Origin: a virus
Strand: one strand, 5' to 3'
Virus record (IMG/VR): IMGVR_UViG_3300045988_174984
Location: 1-48,035 of that record
Length of the DNA: 48,035 bases
This document shows, one piece after another, positions 6,390 through 15,498 of the stretch. Position 1 is the first letter of the stretch. Each line of letters begins with the position of its first letter. The notes under the pieces were generated by a model. It worked only from the letters and a program-made list of their open reading frames with translations, did not search any database and had not been told where the DNA came from. A program made the position numbers and the translations under genes.

Positions 6390-9371
6390 ATGTACTTGAT
6401 TTATGCCGACACGGAAACCTTCAGCTCGCAGGACCTCTCACGGGTAGGCGCGGCGCGCTACGCCGAGGACGCGCAGATCATACTTTGGAGCTACGCGGAG
6501 AACGACGAGCCGGCGAAGGTTTGGGACCGTGTGAGCAATCCGCAGATGCCCGCAGATTTAAAACGCATGTGGGAAAGGCTTTTCGCTGATCCGGACGCGC
6601 GGGTTGTCATGCACAACGGCATGAACTTTGACCGGCAGGTGTTCGCGTCTAACGGCTTTGGCGAAATCCCGGCCGAGAAGATCATCGACACGATGGTTCT
6701 GGCCTATGAACACGCACTGCCCGGGTCTTTGGAGCAGCTCTGCGAAGCCTTTCGTCTTGATGCCGACCATGCCAAAGACAAAGACGGCAAGCGCCTGATC
6801 CAGATCTTTTGCAAGCCTTTGCCGAAGAACTACAAGCTGACTCGAGCCACGCCGCAGACGCATCCCGCCGAGTGGGAGCGCTTCAAGAACTACGCGCGCC
6901 TTGACATCGAGTCTATGCGCGCGATTTACAAGAAGCTGCCGAAATGGAACGCCACTGCGCAGGAGCGTCGTTTGCAGGCGCTCGATGCCGTGATCAACTC
7001 GCGCGGCATGTGCATCGACTTAGAACTGGCGAAGGGCGCGGTGGAGACAGCGGCTCGGCATCGCACGCATCTCGCCGCCCGCACGCAGAAGCTGACGGGA
7101 GGCGCGGTATCGGCCGCCACACAGCGCGATGCGCTTCTTGAGTACCTGCGCACCGAGTGGGGGCTCGATCTTGCCTCGGCCACACGGGCGGAGGTGGAGA
7201 AGCGCATTGCCGAGCCGGGCATTCCGGAGCCGGTGAAAGAACTCCTGCGTATTCGTATTGCATCGACCAAGATCAGCGTGCAGAAATTTCAGTCAGTGCT
7301 GAACGCCGCCTGCGAGGATGGCCGTCTGCGCGGGTGCCTGCAGTTTCGCGGCGCCAGCCGAACCGGTCGATTTTCGGGACGTATTTTCCAACCGCAAAAC
7401 CTGGCGCGTCCGACGATGCGCAATGACGAGATTGAGTTCGCCATTGAGGCTACGAAGGGAGGGCTGTTGGATACGTTCTATGAAGACCCAATGCCCGTCC
7501 TTTCGAATCTTTTGCGCGGGCTCATCATCGCGCCCAAAGGGAAGAAGCTCGTCGTCGCCGACTACTCGAATGTCGAGGGGCGTGTGCTGGCATGGCTTGC
7601 CGGAGAGGAATGGAAGCTCAAGGCTTTTCGCGACTTTGACGCCGGAGTCGGGCACGACTTGTACAAGCTGACCTATGCCCGTGCGTTCAACGTCAAGCCG
7701 GAGACCGTCACGAAAGCGCAGCGTCAGATGGGCAAAGTGCTCGAGCTTGGCATGGGCTACGGCGGAGGCGCCGGCGCTTTCCGCACGTTCGCTCTCGCCT
7801 ACGGCATCGATCTGCATGACATGGCGGATGCCGTGAAGTCTTCGATCAGTCCGGCCATTTGGGCAGAAGCGTGCGAGTGGTACCCCAAAGCGCTGCTTGG
7901 CGGCTTCACCGAAGGTATGGACAAGGAAGTTTTCCTTGCCTGCGACTCGGTGAAGCGAGCTTGGCGCAAAGCCAACGCCCAGATTGTGCAGTTTTGGTAC
8001 GACATGGACGCCGGCATTCGGCAGGCGCTTATTGAAGGCGGGCCCGTGCGGGTTGGCCGGTACATTACCGTAGACAAGAAAGGAAATTATCTGCGTGTGC
8101 GCCTGCCTTCCGGCAGATATCTCGTCTACCCCTCCCCTCGCATAGATGACGACGGAATCAGCTACTTCGGCGTTGCTCAGATAAGCCGGAAGTGGGCGCG
8201 TATTCGGTCCTGGGGCGGAAAGTATTGCATTGCCAAAGGAACTCCGGTTTTAACACAAGAAGGATGGCGGCCGATCGAAACCATCACGGCGGCGGACAAA
8301 GTATGGGACGGCGTGGCTTGGGTTCAGCAAAGTGGAGCGGTTTGCAACGGCCAAAAGTCTTGCATTAAAGCTTACGGCGTATGGATGACGCCGGATCACA
8401 AGGTACTTACTACCGAAGGGTGGAAGGATGCAAAGGACTATTCGAGATTTAACCGGGTTCCGTGTCGGCTTCCTGACAGCGTTGCGCTGTGTTGGGACGG
8501 ACGGGAAGAAAGCGCTGTGGGAGACCCGCTGCGTTTGCGGGCGGCACAAAGTAATTCAGGGGACGGAACTTACGAAAATGGCAAAACACGGGATTACCGC
8601 GTCTTGCAGGTGCAAACGGGCGGAGACCATAGCACGGAAGAATCGGACACACGGCATGAGCAAACATCCCGCTTTCGGGGTGTGGCACTCGATGAAACAG
8701 CGTTGCGAGGATCCCAGGCACCCGGCATACAAAAACTACGGAGCCCGGGGAATAACAGTGTGCTCGGAGTGGGACCGCTCGTTCCAGAAGTTTTGGGCGG
8801 ACATGGGCGCTACTTGGAAAAAGGGCTTAGACCTAGACCGCATCAACAACGATGCGGGGTACAGCCGGGAGAACTGCCGGTGGGTGACACGGAAAGTGAA
8901 TTGCAACAATCGCCGGCGAACAAGGAAGGTAGATGGAAAGCCGCTAACGCAGTGGTCAGCCGAAACCGGAATCGGGTTAACCACGCTGTACTACCGCTTG
9001 GCGCACGGTGTTCCGAGGGGACAGCTGTTTGCCAAGCCGGACGTGTCGAGACGGTTTACGACCTCACCAACTGCGGCCCCCGCAACCGCTTCGTCGTCCT
9101 CGGCGAAGAAGGCCCTGTGATTGTTCATAACTGTGAAAACGTTACCCAGGCTGCGGCTTGCGACCTTCTGTGCGAAGCGCTTCTGAACTTGGAGGCTGAG
9201 GGTTATCAGACCGTGCTCACGGTCCATGACGAAGCGATTTGTGAGGTGCCCGACACTGCCGCGTTCAGCGCTGAGCGCATGGAAAAGATTATGTGCCGTC
9301 TTCCGAAGTGGGCGGCCGGACTGCCGCTTGCCGCGGCGGGGTTTGAATCGCTTCGGTATCGGAAGGACTAA
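6390..9371 (+). CDS. Family-A DNA polymerase with 3'-5' exonuclease domain, interrupted by an intein
   Basis: Contains Exo DTET, motif A DYSNVEGRVLA, motif B RQMGKVLELGMGYGGG and motif C VHDE. AAGGA RBS. Without the intein the protein is 691 aa. Confidence 0.9.
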   Translation: MYLIYADTETFSSQDLSRVGAARYAEDAQIILWSYAENDEPAKVWDRVSNPQMPADLKRMWERLFADPDARVVMHNGMNFDRQVFASNGFGEIPAEKIIDTMVLAYEHALPGSLEQLCEAFRLDADHAKDKDGKRLIQIFCKPLPKNYKLTRATPQTHPAEWERFKNYARLDIESMRAIYKKLPKWNATAQERRLQALDAVINSRGMCIDLELAKGAVETAARHRTHLAARTQKLTGGAVSAATQRDALLEYLRTEWGLDLASATRAEVEKRIAEPGIPEPVKELLRIRIASTKISVQKFQSVLNAACEDGRLRGCLQFRGASRTGRFSGRIFQPQNLARPTMRNDEIEFAIEATKGGLLDTFYEDPMPVLSNLLRGLIIAPKGKKLVVADYSNVEGRVLAWLAGEEWKLKAFRDFDAGVGHDLYKLTYARAFNVKPETVTKAQRQMGKVLELGMGYGGGAGAFRTFALAYGIDLHDMADAVKSSISPAIWAEACEWYPKALLGGFTEGMDKEVFLACDSVKRAWRKANAQIVQFWYDMDAGIRQALIEGGPVRVGRYITVDKKGNYLRVRLPSGRYLVYPSPRIDDDGISYFGVAQISRKWARIRSWGGKYCIAKGTPVLTQEGWRPIETITAADKVWDGVAWVQQSGAVCNGQKSCIKAYGVWMTPDHKVLTTEGWKDAKDYSRFNRVPCRLPDSVALCWDGREESAVGDPLRLRAAQSNSGDGTYENGKTRDYRVLQVQTGGDHSTEESDTRHEQTSRFRGVALDETALRGSQAPGIQKLRSPGNNSVLGVGPLVPEVLGGHGRYLEKGLRPRPHQQRCGVQPGELPVGDTESELQQSPANKEGRWKAANAVVSRNRNRVNHAVLPLGARCSEGTAVCQAGRVETVYDLTNCGPRNRFVVLGEEGPVIVHNCENVTQAAACDLLCEALLNLEAEGYQTVLTVHDEAICEVPDTAAFSAERMEKIMCRLPKWAAGLPLAAAGFESLRYRKD
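6442..6454 (+). repeat. Motif variant copy GGGTAGGCGCGGC
   Basis: One mismatch to the core, inside the pol gene. Confidence 0.5.
7097..7107 (+). repeat. Motif copy 6 (core GGGAGGCGCGG)
   Basis: 11-nt core inside the pol gene, read as TGGAV. Confidence 0.7.
8226..9131 (+). mobile_element. Intein (302 aa) in the DNA polymerase, inserted just before the conserved QAAACD motif
   Basis: Begins CIAKGTPVLTQEGW (block A), has TPDH (block B), and ends VYDLTNCGPRNRFVVLGEEGPVIVHN followed by Cys+1. The central ~210 codons in the pol frame are domain-less, R/G/S-rich sequence. Confidence 0.8.
8428..9120 (+). CDS. Homing-endonuclease-like ORF (HNH_3-like signature) nested inside the intein in the +1 frame
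   Basis: 230-aa ORF with DLTGFRVGFLTAL, a CxC..CxC cluster and KHPAFGVWHSMKQRC..YKNYGARGITVC..LDRINNDAGYSRENCRWVT. This pattern is typical of free-standing phage HNH-type endonucleases. The frame differs from the pol/intein frame. Confidence 0.6.
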   Translation: MQRTIRDLTGFRVGFLTALRCVGTDGKKALWETRCVCGRHKVIQGTELTKMAKHGITASCRCKRAETIARKNRTHGMSKHPAFGVWHSMKQRCEDPRHPAYKNYGARGITVCSEWDRSFQKFWADMGATWKKGLDLDRINNDAGYSRENCRWVTRKVNCNNRRRTRKVDGKPLTQWSAETGIGLTTLYYRLAHGVPRGQLFAKPDVSRRFTTSPTAAPATASSSSAKKAL

Positions 9372-9373
9372 CC

Positions 9374-10219
9374 ATGTACCACACAACAAACGATACGACT
9401 ACCGTGATCGGCTGTGCAACCGCTACGGTAATCGCTGACACGATGGCCGAGCGCACGGGCGGCCGCATCATGACACTCGAGCTCGTTTATCCGCGCATTA
9501 TCCACGCGGAGTTTCTCACGCACCGGGTGTTCAGTCGCAATGCGGCCAGTTCTCGTGCGACGCCCGTCGCCACCTGCCTCGAAGAGGTGGAGCGCCGCCC
9601 CTACGTCCCCTCCCAGTGGCTTAAGAACAAGCCGGGCATGGCGGGCGGTGAGCCCTTCGACGCGGAGGATGCGGCGGCCATCGCGTCGGACATCAAGTTG
9701 CTTCGACAAATGACGACCGCAGTCGTGCGGCGGCTTATGGAACTCGGCGTCAGCAAGCAGCAGGCGAACCGATATCTCGAGCCCTTCATGTACATCCGCA
9801 CGCTCGTCACGGCGACCGACTGGGACAATTTCTTCAAGCTTCGGCTTGATAAAGCGCACGTCCAGCCGGAGATGTACGACCTTGCCCGGGCGATGCGTAT
9901 TGCTATTGATAAGAGCACGTCAGTTGTCGGCCGCATTCATCTCCCCTACATCGACTGGGATGTCAGCGGGGCCATCGGAGATGAAGACTGCGTGGCCGCG
10001 ATGATAAGCGCCGCACGATGCGCACGAGTCTCGTATCTCACGCACGACGGGAAAGCGCCCGACAAAGAAAAAGACTTGGCGTTGGCCAACCGCCTGTGGG
10101 AGGAAGGGCACCTTTCACCCTTTGAGCACCAGGCATGGGCGAAGTTTCCTCCCTACTACTACTCCAGCAACTTCCGCGGTTGGTCAAGCGCACGCCGCTA
10201 CTTCTCGGGGCAGAGCTAA
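9374..10219 (+). CDS. thyX: FAD-dependent thymidylate synthase (ThyX-like)
   Basis: The motif EFLTHRVFSRNAASSRA matches the ThyX RHR..S....S.R signature region. Confidence 0.7.
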   Translation: MYHTTNDTTTVIGCATATVIADTMAERTGGRIMTLELVYPRIIHAEFLTHRVFSRNAASSRATPVATCLEEVERRPYVPSQWLKNKPGMAGGEPFDAEDAAAIASDIKLLRQMTTAVVRRLMELGVSKQQANRYLEPFMYIRTLVTATDWDNFFKLRLDKAHVQPEMYDLARAMRIAIDKSTSVVGRIHLPYIDWDVSGAIGDEDCVAAMISAARCARVSYLTHDGKAPDKEKDLALANRLWEEGHLSPFEHQAWAKFPPYYYSSNFRGWSSARRYFSGQS

Positions 10220-10942
10220 ATGGGAAAGCCTAGAAAAAAGTACAGGCCGAAGCCAGTGCGCATCATGCCGGTGATCGCTGACGTAGTGCTCGGGGATTTG
10301 TCGGACGGCGAGCGTGAGTTTCTGCGAGAGGCCGCGATGCAGTCGCTCGATTTAGTGCAGCTTGGCACCGAAGACATAGGCGACTACGCGAACATCGATG
10401 CGGTTTTGCGGAACTTGTGGGTGTACGCGCTCCAATTTGAGGAGACGGCGATTGTCCGTGTACTGACGCTCATGGCCTCGTCGTGTTTGTCCGGGCTGTA
10501 TGCCGGAGCGGGCGACGCCTTGGCCGCCCGACGTCCCGGCACGGCGGTGCGCAAGCCGCTCACGCATGAAGACCGCGTCGCTTTAGTGCGGCCGATTCAA
10601 GCGGCAATCGATATGTACTTCGAACTTACGAAGACCGCTGAACGCAGAAGCGAGCTTGTCTGCAGCCAGTATGCCGCGGGCAAGATCAGGCTTCCGCGCG
10701 TCCATGAATTTTACTTGGTTGACAAAAGCTCCACCTCGAAGGCTGACCAGAAGGCTTTCTGGCACCGACGCGGCGTGGCCTTTGTCAACGGCCGAGCGGT
10801 GCCCGGCTATTACAAAACTGACAACTTGGGTCGACTCATCTGGCGCATACCGCTTGAGCAAACACAAGTTGCCATCACCGATCCAACTCCTACGTATTTC
10901 ATTAACGACGAGAGACTTTCAGATGCCGAAGAGGAAGCTTAG
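10220..10942 (+). CDS. Hypothetical protein
   Basis: 240-aa ORF directly abutting the thyX stop. Confidence 0.6.
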   Translation: MGKPRKKYRPKPVRIMPVIADVVLGDLSDGEREFLREAAMQSLDLVQLGTEDIGDYANIDAVLRNLWVYALQFEETAIVRVLTLMASSCLSGLYAGAGDALAARRPGTAVRKPLTHEDRVALVRPIQAAIDMYFELTKTAERRSELVCSQYAAGKIRLPRVHEFYLVDKSSTSKADQKAFWHRRGVAFVNGRAVPGYYKTDNLGRLIWRIPLEQTQVAITDPTPTYFINDERLSDAEEEA

Positions 10943-11228
10943 TTATTCCCCCAAACTTGTGGCTGAACTTGCCGTCGCACTGCGCGCAGTGCCTGGCGCC
11001 GCTGACATCAACAACCCCGAGCCTTTGGGCGGAACACTGTGGACGCTTGCGATGCTTGTCGGAGCGAGTAAGGAGAAGGACCTTGTAAAGGCCGCGGAAC
11101 GCACGACTGCTGCAGTCGGCATTCCTATCGAGCTCGCGGACGGGTTGGTCAGCGTTGCCTATGCCTTCGTAGAAGCGATGGCCGAGGTGCGAAGCAAAGC
11201 TGATGCTCAGACCGCGGTCGAAGCCTGA
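10923..11228 (+). CDS. Hypothetical protein
   Basis: ATG at 10923 (MPKRKLSYSPK...) overlaps the end of the upstream gene. The longer ORF-track start was rejected. Confidence 0.5.
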   Translation: MPKRKLSYSPKLVAELAVALRAVPGAADINNPEPLGGTLWTLAMLVGASKEKDLVKAAERTTAAVGIPIELADGLVSVAYAFVEAMAEVRSKADAQTAVEA

Positions 11229-11241
11229 CAGGAGAAAAAGA

Positions 11242-11664
11242 ATGGATGAAGAAAAGACCGACATGGTAAATCATCCCTCCCACTACACGGCCTGCAGCAT
11301 TGTGTTGGAACCAGTCGATGCGACTGAGCTTCTCCCGCATCCTCTGGCGTCGGCGGTGGAGTACATCCTGCGGTCCCCGTATAAAGGCTCGGAAAAGCAG
11401 GATCTCGAAAAAGCCGTGTGGTGGCTTATGCGTTTTCGCGATGAGACGATGCCGCGTCTTCATTACTATGACGGCGTATACAAACTAGACGAAACTGCAG
11501 GGGTGTACCTCTGGGTGTTTTGCCGGGAGCACCCCCTGCTTAGGGGGCTGTGCAAGCTTCGCCCAGACGGCTTCGTCGTCGAAGCTGATGTGATAACCAA
11601 CGTGGCTAAAAGCATCAACGCACGCATCAGCAGGCTTAGCAGTCAGGAGGTGCCGCATGTCTGA
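11242..11664 (+). CDS. DUF3310-like protein
   Basis: Contains the HPSHY motif near the N-terminus. GGAG RBS before the ATG at 11242. Confidence 0.6.
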   Translation: MDEEKTDMVNHPSHYTACSIVLEPVDATELLPHPLASAVEYILRSPYKGSEKQDLEKAVWWLMRFRDETMPRLHYYDGVYKLDETAGVYLWVFCREHPLLRGLCKLRPDGFVVEADVITNVAKSINARISRLSSQEVPHV

Positions 11665-11923
11665 CAACAAATTTGCGCAGCGCATGGCTGAGGCGGGCAT
11701 TGCCCCCGAGGAGTTCGCGCTGGCTGTCTTAGGCGGCGACTGCAAGTCTGCGGACAAAATGCTGAGGGAGGTCTTCCCGGAAAGTGTTTCGGCGGAAACG
11801 TTGCGGGAGCACCAGGCGTATCTCATGGCGATCATTGAGGTGACCAGGTGGGCGGCTGCAGGGTTGGGCCGGCTTGCTGGGGAACGTGAATGCAAGGAGA
11901 AGTCCCATGGCAACAACGCCTGA
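11657..11923 (+). CDS. Hypothetical protein
   Basis: 88-aa ORF with overlapping start and stop, consistent with operon packing. Confidence 0.5.
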   Translation: MSDNKFAQRMAEAGIAPEEFALAVLGGDCKSADKMLREVFPESVSAETLREHQAYLMAIIEVTRWAAAGLGRLAGERECKEKSHGNNA

Positions 11924-12227
11924 AGGTAGTGTCGTGCAAGCGCTCATTCGCGAGTGCAACAAGCGCGGGTGGGAGCAGAGAAAGATCACGTACGAAGGGC
12001 GCGTCGGTGCGCCGGACCGCATGGTGCTGGCGCCGAGCACGCTCTTCTTTGTTGAGTGCAAGGCACCCGGTCAGGCGCCGACGCCAGTGCAGGCGCGTGA
12101 GCATGAGCGCATTCGACGTACCGGCACGCGGGTTTATGTCTGTGACTCGGAGTGCTCAGTGGAGTATGTGTTTCGGCATATCGCGAACACGATCGAGCAA
12201 CGTTCAATTCATCCTGATTGGAGATAG
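11907..12227 (+). CDS. VRR-NUC domain nuclease
   Basis: GAPDRMVL...FFVECKAPG...REHERIRRTG fits the PD-(D/E)XK VRR-NUC pattern. AGGAG RBS before the ATG at 11907. Confidence 0.7.
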   Translation: MATTPEGSVVQALIRECNKRGWEQRKITYEGRVGAPDRMVLAPSTLFFVECKAPGQAPTPVQAREHERIRRTGTRVYVCDSECSVEYVFRHIANTIEQRSIHPDWR

Positions 12228-12229
12228 CC

Positions 12230-12421
12230 ATGGCTGATCTGCTTACATACATTCTGCTTACCGTCGCAGCTATTGGCTGCATCGCCTTTGGCTTCTTTTG
12301 CGGAGCTCAGCTGGCCATGGCTATTCGGCTCCGCGATTGGGAGAACGTCATCGTCAACGCGGTGCTTCTTACGCTGGCGTCTTGCTCCTTGTTTTCCGTA
12401 TTGTCGATGAGCGTGTTATGA
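12230..12421 (+). CDS. Small membrane protein (two hydrophobic helices)
   Basis: 63-aa hydrophobic ORF with a GGAG RBS. Its stop overlaps the helicase start (ATGA). Confidence 0.45.
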   Translation: MADLLTYILLTVAAIGCIAFGFFCGAQLAMAIRLRDWENVIVNAVLLTLASCSLFSVLSMSVL

Positions 12422-13809
12422 AATTCGTTCCTCGGCTGTACCAAAGCATGGCGATCGACTTCCTTCTCAAGCACCAACGCTGCGCGCTTTACGCAGGCAT
12501 GGGACTTGGGAAGACAGTCTCCACGCTGATGGCCGTTCGGCACCTGCAGGAGTGGTGGGGCGAAGGCCCCGCCCTCGTCCTCGCTCCGCTCCGCGTGGCG
12601 CAGTCCACGTGGCCGGATGAGGTCGCCAAGTGGGATGAGCTGCGCGGCACTCGGGTCTCTGTCATCTGCGGCTCGGCAGTTCAGCGTCGTGCGGCGCTTG
12701 ATAAGGACGCAGACATCTACACGATGAACTATGAGAACTTGGAGTGGCTTACCTCCGAGCTTGAGCGTCGCGGGAAGGAGTGGCCGTTTGCAATAGTTGT
12801 AGCCGACGAAGCCACACGCCTGAAAGGCTTGCGTGCCAGACAAGGCTCCAAGCGTGCACGTGTGCTGGCTAAGGCGCTCCCGAAGATTCGCCGGTTCATC
12901 GAGCTTACGGGCACGCCGGCGCCCAACGGGCTTGAAGATTTGTGGGGGCAGATCTACTTCCTTGACCAAGGCGCCCGGCTGGGGAAGTCGATGACGGTCT
13001 ACCACGAACGGTTCTTTCGCCAGGTGCGCGTGGGCTCATCCCCGCTGGCCGTGCGCTACGAACCGCTCCCCGGTGCCGACCGCCTGATCCACTACAAGAT
13101 CAGTGACATCGTGCTGAAGATCAATGCGGAGGAGTGGTTCGATGTGAAGCAGCCGATTCTCTCTACCGTTGCGGTCGACCTGCCCGACACGGCAAGGCGC
13201 CTTTACACAAAACTCGAGCATGAGTTTTTGGCTGAGCTTGAATCCGGTACGGAAATCGAAGCGATGAACGCCGCAGTTAAATCGGGCAAGTGTCTGCAGT
13301 TGGCGAGCGGAGCGGTTTATACCGAGGGGGAATCCTTCGAAGAAGTCCACAAAGCCAAGCTCGATGCGCTCCGATCCATCGTGGAAGAAGCCGGCGGCAT
13401 GCCGATACTCGTGAGCTACCAGTTCAGGCACGAGGCGGTGCGCATTCAGCGGACCTTCCCGAAGGCCAGACTGCTCGACAAGAACCCGAAGACACTGCGC
13501 GATTGGAACGCGGGGAAGATTCCCCTTCTCCTAGCGCATCCTGCGTCGTGCGGCCACGGGCTCTCAATGCAGGACGGCGGAAACATTCTCGTCTTCTTTA
13601 GCGCCGGGTGGAACTTGGAGCACCACGACCAGATCATCGAACGTATCGGCCCTACTCGCCAGAAGCAGGCAGGGCACGAACGTCCGGTCTACGTCTACTA
13701 CATCGTCGCGAAAGACACGATGGATGAGGTGGTGCTTGAACGATTGAAGACCAAGCGGGACGTGATGGACGTCCTGCTTGAGAAGAAAAAGAAGGAGGCT
13801 CGGCCATGA
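12418..13809 (+). CDS. SNF2/DEAD-like helicase
   Basis: Contains LYQSMAIDFLL, Walker A GMGLGKT, DEATRLK (motif II) and C-terminal helicase motifs. The start was moved to the ATG at 12418. Confidence 0.85.
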   Translation: MKFVPRLYQSMAIDFLLKHQRCALYAGMGLGKTVSTLMAVRHLQEWWGEGPALVLAPLRVAQSTWPDEVAKWDELRGTRVSVICGSAVQRRAALDKDADIYTMNYENLEWLTSELERRGKEWPFAIVVADEATRLKGLRARQGSKRARVLAKALPKIRRFIELTGTPAPNGLEDLWGQIYFLDQGARLGKSMTVYHERFFRQVRVGSSPLAVRYEPLPGADRLIHYKISDIVLKINAEEWFDVKQPILSTVAVDLPDTARRLYTKLEHEFLAELESGTEIEAMNAAVKSGKCLQLASGAVYTEGESFEEVHKAKLDALRSIVEEAGGMPILVSYQFRHEAVRIQRTFPKARLLDKNPKTLRDWNAGKIPLLLAHPASCGHGLSMQDGGNILVFFSAGWNLEHHDQIIERIGPTRQKQAGHERPVYVYYIVAKDTMDEVVLERLKTKRDVMDVLLEKKKKEARP

Positions 13810-14021
13810 AGCCGTTTGAGCTGATGACAAAGAAGCAGGTGGCAGCGCTGACAGGCGTCAACGTTTCAACCGTCGACCGGCACGTGAAGGCCGGGCGATT
13901 TCCTGCACCGGCGTATGTGTTCGGCCGGCCGCGCTGGCGGCGTGAGGATGTGGAGCGCTTCCTGGCGCAGGCATTCAAGCCGGTAGAACAGCACAATAAG
14001 GAGGTTAAAATGGTTGGCTAG
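13806..14021 (+). CDS. Excisionase/AlpA-like HTH DNA-binding protein
   Basis: LTKKQVAALTGVNVSTVDRHVKAGRFPAP...RWRREDVERFL fits the excisionase-family HTH pattern. Confidence 0.6.
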   Translation: MKPFELMTKKQVAALTGVNVSTVDRHVKAGRFPAPAYVFGRPRWRREDVERFLAQAFKPVEQHNKEVKMVG

Positions 14022-14048
14022 AGCACGTGATATTTTGGGAGAAGCTCC

Positions 14049-14243
14049 ATGGAAGCAAACGATGTGCTCGCCGGCCTTGGCGATACTGTCCGCAAGAAGG
14101 CCGAAGCCTACCTCGCCGAGCAGAAGGCGCAGCTTGATACCGAAACACGGCGCAAGGTTCGCGTCTTTTGGGTGTCTGTCTGCATTGTGGCGTCCGCTGT
14201 ATGCGGTATCGCCGGGTGGTACCTCCACGGTCCCGTGGGGTAA
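14049..14243 (+). CDS. Small protein with a C-terminal transmembrane helix (possible lysis accessory)
   Basis: 64-aa ORF immediately upstream of the holin. Confidence 0.4.
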   Translation: MEANDVLAGLGDTVRKKAEAYLAEQKAQLDTETRRKVRVFWVSVCIVASAVCGIAGWYLHGPVG

Positions 14244-14246
14244 GGC

Positions 14247-14732
14247 ATGATCCAAGACCTCCTTCCTCGATCTGTCGAAGGAGCACTGACCGTTTTGGGC
14301 GGCTGGCTTGGGCTGATATGGAGCGCAACGCTGCAGAGCGTTGCCCCGCTTGTGTGGTGGTTTGCGATCTTTGTGGTCGCGGATTTCATTACCGGCGTAT
14401 GGGCCGGTGTTAAAACCACGGGTTTTTCATCGAAGCTGCTGTCCGCGGGAATGGTCAAAAAGGGCATCGCTTTTTCGATCATCATTCTGGCGCACGGCCT
14501 CGACGTCAGTTTTTGGTACGTGCTTAAAGACCTCCCCGTTTTTCAATCCGTCGTGCTCTGTGCGTACTGCTGCGGGGAGTTCGGATCGATCGTAGAGAAC
14601 ATCGAGCGCGCCGGTTACGGCGACGCCCTGCCGCCTGCGCTGCGGCGGCTGTTCCTTTCCCTCGAAGAACGGCTCGCCAATGCCGTAGATAAAAAGCTTG
14701 ACTCAGTCGGGCTTGAAGATAAGGACAAGTAA
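14247..14732 (+). CDS. Holin (Phage_holin_4-like)
   Basis: VADFITGVWAG....KKGIAFSIIILAHGLD....GEFGSIVENIERAG matches the holin family pattern. Multiple TM segments. Confidence 0.7.
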   Translation: MIQDLLPRSVEGALTVLGGWLGLIWSATLQSVAPLVWWFAIFVVADFITGVWAGVKTTGFSSKLLSAGMVKKGIAFSIIILAHGLDVSFWYVLKDLPVFQSVVLCAYCCGEFGSIVENIERAGYGDALPPALRRLFLSLEERLANAVDKKLDSVGLEDKDK

Positions 14733-15175
14733 TGGAACGACAAAGTTTCGGAAGCTATAGCTATGAGCTGGCTATGGCGTTCGTCAAGGCCGAAGAGACC
14801 TTGCGCCTCAAGGCATACAAATGCCCGAAGGGCGTATGGACAATCGGGTGGGGCCACACGGGTGGCATCAAAGAGGGCGACACCTGCACCAGAGAGCAGG
14901 CTGAAGCGTGGATTCGCAGTGACTTGCAGTCCGCGCAAGCCAGTCTCGCAAAATTTATCAACGTTCCTGTTTCGGCAAATCAGTTTATCGCCTTGCTGAG
15001 CCTCGCCTTCAATATGGGAGCGCAAGGCGTCGTCGATAAATGCCCCAAGATGCTGCGCGCGCTGAATGCAAAAGACTACGACGGTGCCGCCGACGAATTT
15101 CTTGACGTCACTAACGGCGGACTGGCGGGGCTTGTTGCCCGTCGCCGCAGAGAAGCAGAACTCATGAGGAGTTAA
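14732..15175 (+). CDS. Endolysin, glycoside hydrolase family 24 (T4/lambda-type lysozyme)
   Basis: Contains EETLRLKAYKCPKGVWTIGWGHTGG and SLAFNMG motifs. Confidence 0.85.
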   Translation: MERQSFGSYSYELAMAFVKAEETLRLKAYKCPKGVWTIGWGHTGGIKEGDTCTREQAEAWIRSDLQSAQASLAKFINVPVSANQFIALLSLAFNMGAQGVVDKCPKMLRALNAKDYDGAADEFLDVTNGGLAGLVARRRREAELMRS

Positions 15176-15177
15176 TC

Positions 15178-15498
15178 ATGAAAGAAAGGAAAAGCAAAGA
15201 CGACTACTACATCCCTCCAGAAGTCGAAGAGCAGGATGCTCGCATCCGCAAGATGACGCTCTCGGATACCGTGGAACTAATGGAGTCGGAGGACTACAAA
15301 GACCGCTTTAGGGCGGAGTTTTACCAGACGCGTATCCGCATGCTCAAGCTCTTTGACATGCTCGATAAATGGGACGCCGGCACACTTGGCTTCGTGCCTG
15401 CCAGTGCCCGCTACCTGTATCTCATGCAGATTAAAGGCATGGGTATCCAGATTCGAGCGATGCGCCGCAGGGCCAAGTTCGAAGGTATCGAGCTGTGA
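15178..15498 (+). CDS. Hypothetical protein in the lysis cassette
   Basis: 106-aa ORF between the endolysin and the spanins. Confidence 0.5.
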   Translation: MKERKSKDDYYIPPEVEEQDARIRKMTLSDTVELMESEDYKDRFRAEFYQTRIRMLKLFDMLDKWDAGTLGFVPASARYLYLMQIKGMGIQIRAMRRRAKFEGIEL

